From assembly GCA_963823335.1 (NCBI GenBank), contig CAWGLD010000001.1:480001-544000 (forward strand): a stretch of 64,000 nt of DNA, written 5' to 3'. Below are positions 62,460 through 64,000 of the stretch, one piece after another. The notes under the pieces were generated by a model. That model made no database searches and was not told the DNA's origin. It worked only from the letters and a program-made list of their open reading frames with translations. This DNA is from an uncultured delta proteobacterium. Lineage in GTDB: Bacteria > Desulfobacterota > Desulfobacteria > Desulfobacterales > B30-G6. A program made the position numbers and the translations under genes. Position 1 is the first letter of the stretch, and every line of letters starts with the position of its first letter.

Positions 62460-62573
62460 TAGTTAGGGTTCAAGGGGCCGAGGGGGATACAAGGGTTGGA
62501 GGGTGGCTGACAGCAGCATCCCAGCGTCCCAGCATTCAAGGAGTGAAGGTGTGAAGGGTTTGAGGGAAAGAGA

Positions 62574-62735
62574 TGTCATTTGCTTCGCGTCATTTGTGGT
62601 CATTTACTTCGTGTCATTAATCGCAGCTGTGGGCATTCAGCTATAGACAACAATAAATGACAGCCGAAGGCGAAATGACGCGCGTAGCGCAAATGTCGTC
62701 CGGCAGGACAAATGACGCACGAAGTGTAAATCACC
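62574..62735. repeat. Mini-hairpin array 5 (inverted orientation)
   Basis: aaatgac-gccgaaggc, gcgcgtagcgc, gtccggcaggac. Confidence 0.8.
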
Positions 62736-62757
62736 TAAGAACTGAATTAATTGGAAT

Positions 62758-62882
62758 TAGCCGGCGTATTTTGAAGTGAGGTTGCCGCATCCGCAAGGCG
62801 TCGGACCATGAAGCTGTAGTTTGCTACCGCGAATGGTCCGCAACACAGCGGATGCGGTGAGATCGCTTCAAAATACCGGTTA
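62758..62882. repeat. ERIC-like folded element, copy 3
   Basis: Long IR with TA ends; core CAAGGCG...CAACACAG. Confidence 0.8.
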
Positions 62883-63359
62883 AGTGAAGATTTTACGGGC
62901 CAGGTCAATATCTTCCGGACAGAAGACGAAAAGGCATTTTGCGTCCGGAGAAGAAACGGATCCATAGACATAATTGATATTGACCCCTTCCTGGCCGAAT
63001 TTTCTGGTGATGCTGGCCAGTTCACCCGGCCGGTTCTCCAGTTCCAGGGCAATCACCGGCATGATATCGTAAACATACTGGTTTTCGGTCAGCAGATCCA
63101 TGGCCTTGTCTGTTTTGTCCACCAGGAGACGCAGCAAGGCATACTCAGCCGAATCCTTGCGCATGGAGTTGTAGCTGGCTGCAGATGCAATACGCTTCAG
63201 AGATTTACCCCTGGCCTTGAAAAGCTCCTGAACATAACTCGATGCATCCTGAATCGTCATGGCATCGATGTTGATATTTTCTTCCCCAAAGGCAGTTGCC
63301 AGTTTGCCAAGTTCACCGGGTTCGTTTTTCATGAATAGCGATATCTCTGTTCGTACCAT
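62880..63359 (-). CDS. Tandem ACT-domain protein
   Basis: NEPGELG..NINI and NRPGELA..VNINYVY. Confidence 0.88.
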   Translation of the reverse strand: MVRTEISLFMKNEPGELGKLATAFGEENINIDAMTIQDASSYVQELFKARGKSLKRIASAASYNSMRKDSAEYALLRLLVDKTDKAMDLLTENQYVYDIMPVIALELENRPGELASITRKFGQEGVNINYVYGSVSSPDAKCLFVFCPEDIDLARKIFT

Positions 63360-63422
63360 GGATGACTCCTTGTTTTAAGCGATAAGCGGTAAGCCATCAG
63401 CTGTAAGCAGTTTACAGTTTAA

Positions 63423-63674
63423 TACTTCAACTTTCGATTTGTACCATAAATAGAGCGAAATGGGTGATCCAATGGCGATTTGCGCTGTTTGAGGCGCTTA
63501 GGGATCCTTTCATCAGCGCATGACCATGAAAATCCAATATGAAAATTCGGCCATTTGGCAGCCATGCCTGTTTCACTTTATGGCCGGCGCTGATGTTAGG
63601 AGCCTTTGCGGCGAGTTCGCAAAGCGCCAGGGGATTATTCATTTCGTGTTCGCTGAACCCCGAAAGTTGAATTA
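63423..63674. mobile_element. ~250 bp MITE-like element, copy 2
   Basis: TIR ttcaactttcg/cgaaagttgaa, TA flanks. Confidence 0.8.
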
Positions 63675-63691
63675 ATACCTAAAACTATGCT

Positions 63692-64000
63692 TTACGGCTT
63701 ACCGTAGAGCTCCTTGACCTTCTGCCGATCGATTTCACCCGCCGTCGTCACAGGTATCTCGCTCACAAATTCCACATACTGCGGCTTTTTGAAACGGGCG
63801 ATCCGTTCTCCCACGAAGCGGATCAAGGCCTCGGAAGTGAGATTCTGGCCGGATTTGAGCTGGCAAACCGCCTTGATGGCTTCTTTCCATCTGGGATCCG
63901 GGATACCGATCACGGCTGTTTTTTCCACTGCCGGATGCTGCAGAATCACCCTCTCGACTTCGGCTGGGTAGACATTTTCCCCGCCTGGCTTGATCAGTTC
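63692..64000 (-). CDS. Acyl-CoA ligase (AMP-binding), 3' part only
   Basis: IKPGGENVYPAEVE, GIPDPRWKE, FKKP; runs off the window edge. Confidence 0.9.
   Translation of the reverse strand, partial: ELIKPGGENVYPAEVERVILQHPAVEKTAVIGIPDPRWKEAIKAVCQLKSGQNLTSEALIRFVGERIARFKKPQYVEFVSEIPVTTAGEIDRQKVKELYGKP

Noticed and set aside
1-64000. Phage, defence, retron/DGR or transposase genes; rRNA/tRNA
   Set aside because: No RT, nuclease, integrase or structural RNA signatures recognised.

Overview
Bacterial chromosomal segment, most likely from an anaerobic fatty-acid/CoA-ester degrader of the Desulfobacterota (inferred from gene content and repeat style, not from a marker gene). It is densely coding, mostly on the minus strand. 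Contents: (1) an Atu/Liu-like operon (split AtuA, carboxyltransferase, BCCP, biotin carboxylase, SDR, hydratase, thiolase, two MFS) behind a sigma70 promoter with a palindromic operator; (2) two TolC-MFP-RND systems, one behind a perfect sigma54 promoter next to a decayed enhancer-binding-protein gene; (3) a ~14.7 kb co-oriented beta-oxidation run headed by a sigma54-like promoter with three enhancer-like palindromes and an ACAD10/11/Lva-like kinase-ACAD-phosphatase module; (4) a MarR/FadH/flavoenzyme/PAS-sigma54-activator operon; (5) a MetF-MetV fusion, a non-pyrrolysine MttB, a Cys-less class-V PLP enzyme with a polar amino-acid ABC transporter, LpdA and others. No rRNA, tRNA, CRISPR array or transposase was seen. 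The most unusual signal is non-coding: three ERIC-like folded elements overlapping stop codons, five arrays of GNA-triloop mini-hairpins, G-quadruplex-capable tracts directly after stop codons, IS200/IS605-end-like elements and a duplicated ~250 bp MITE. All calls come from reading motifs by eye; no database search was run.
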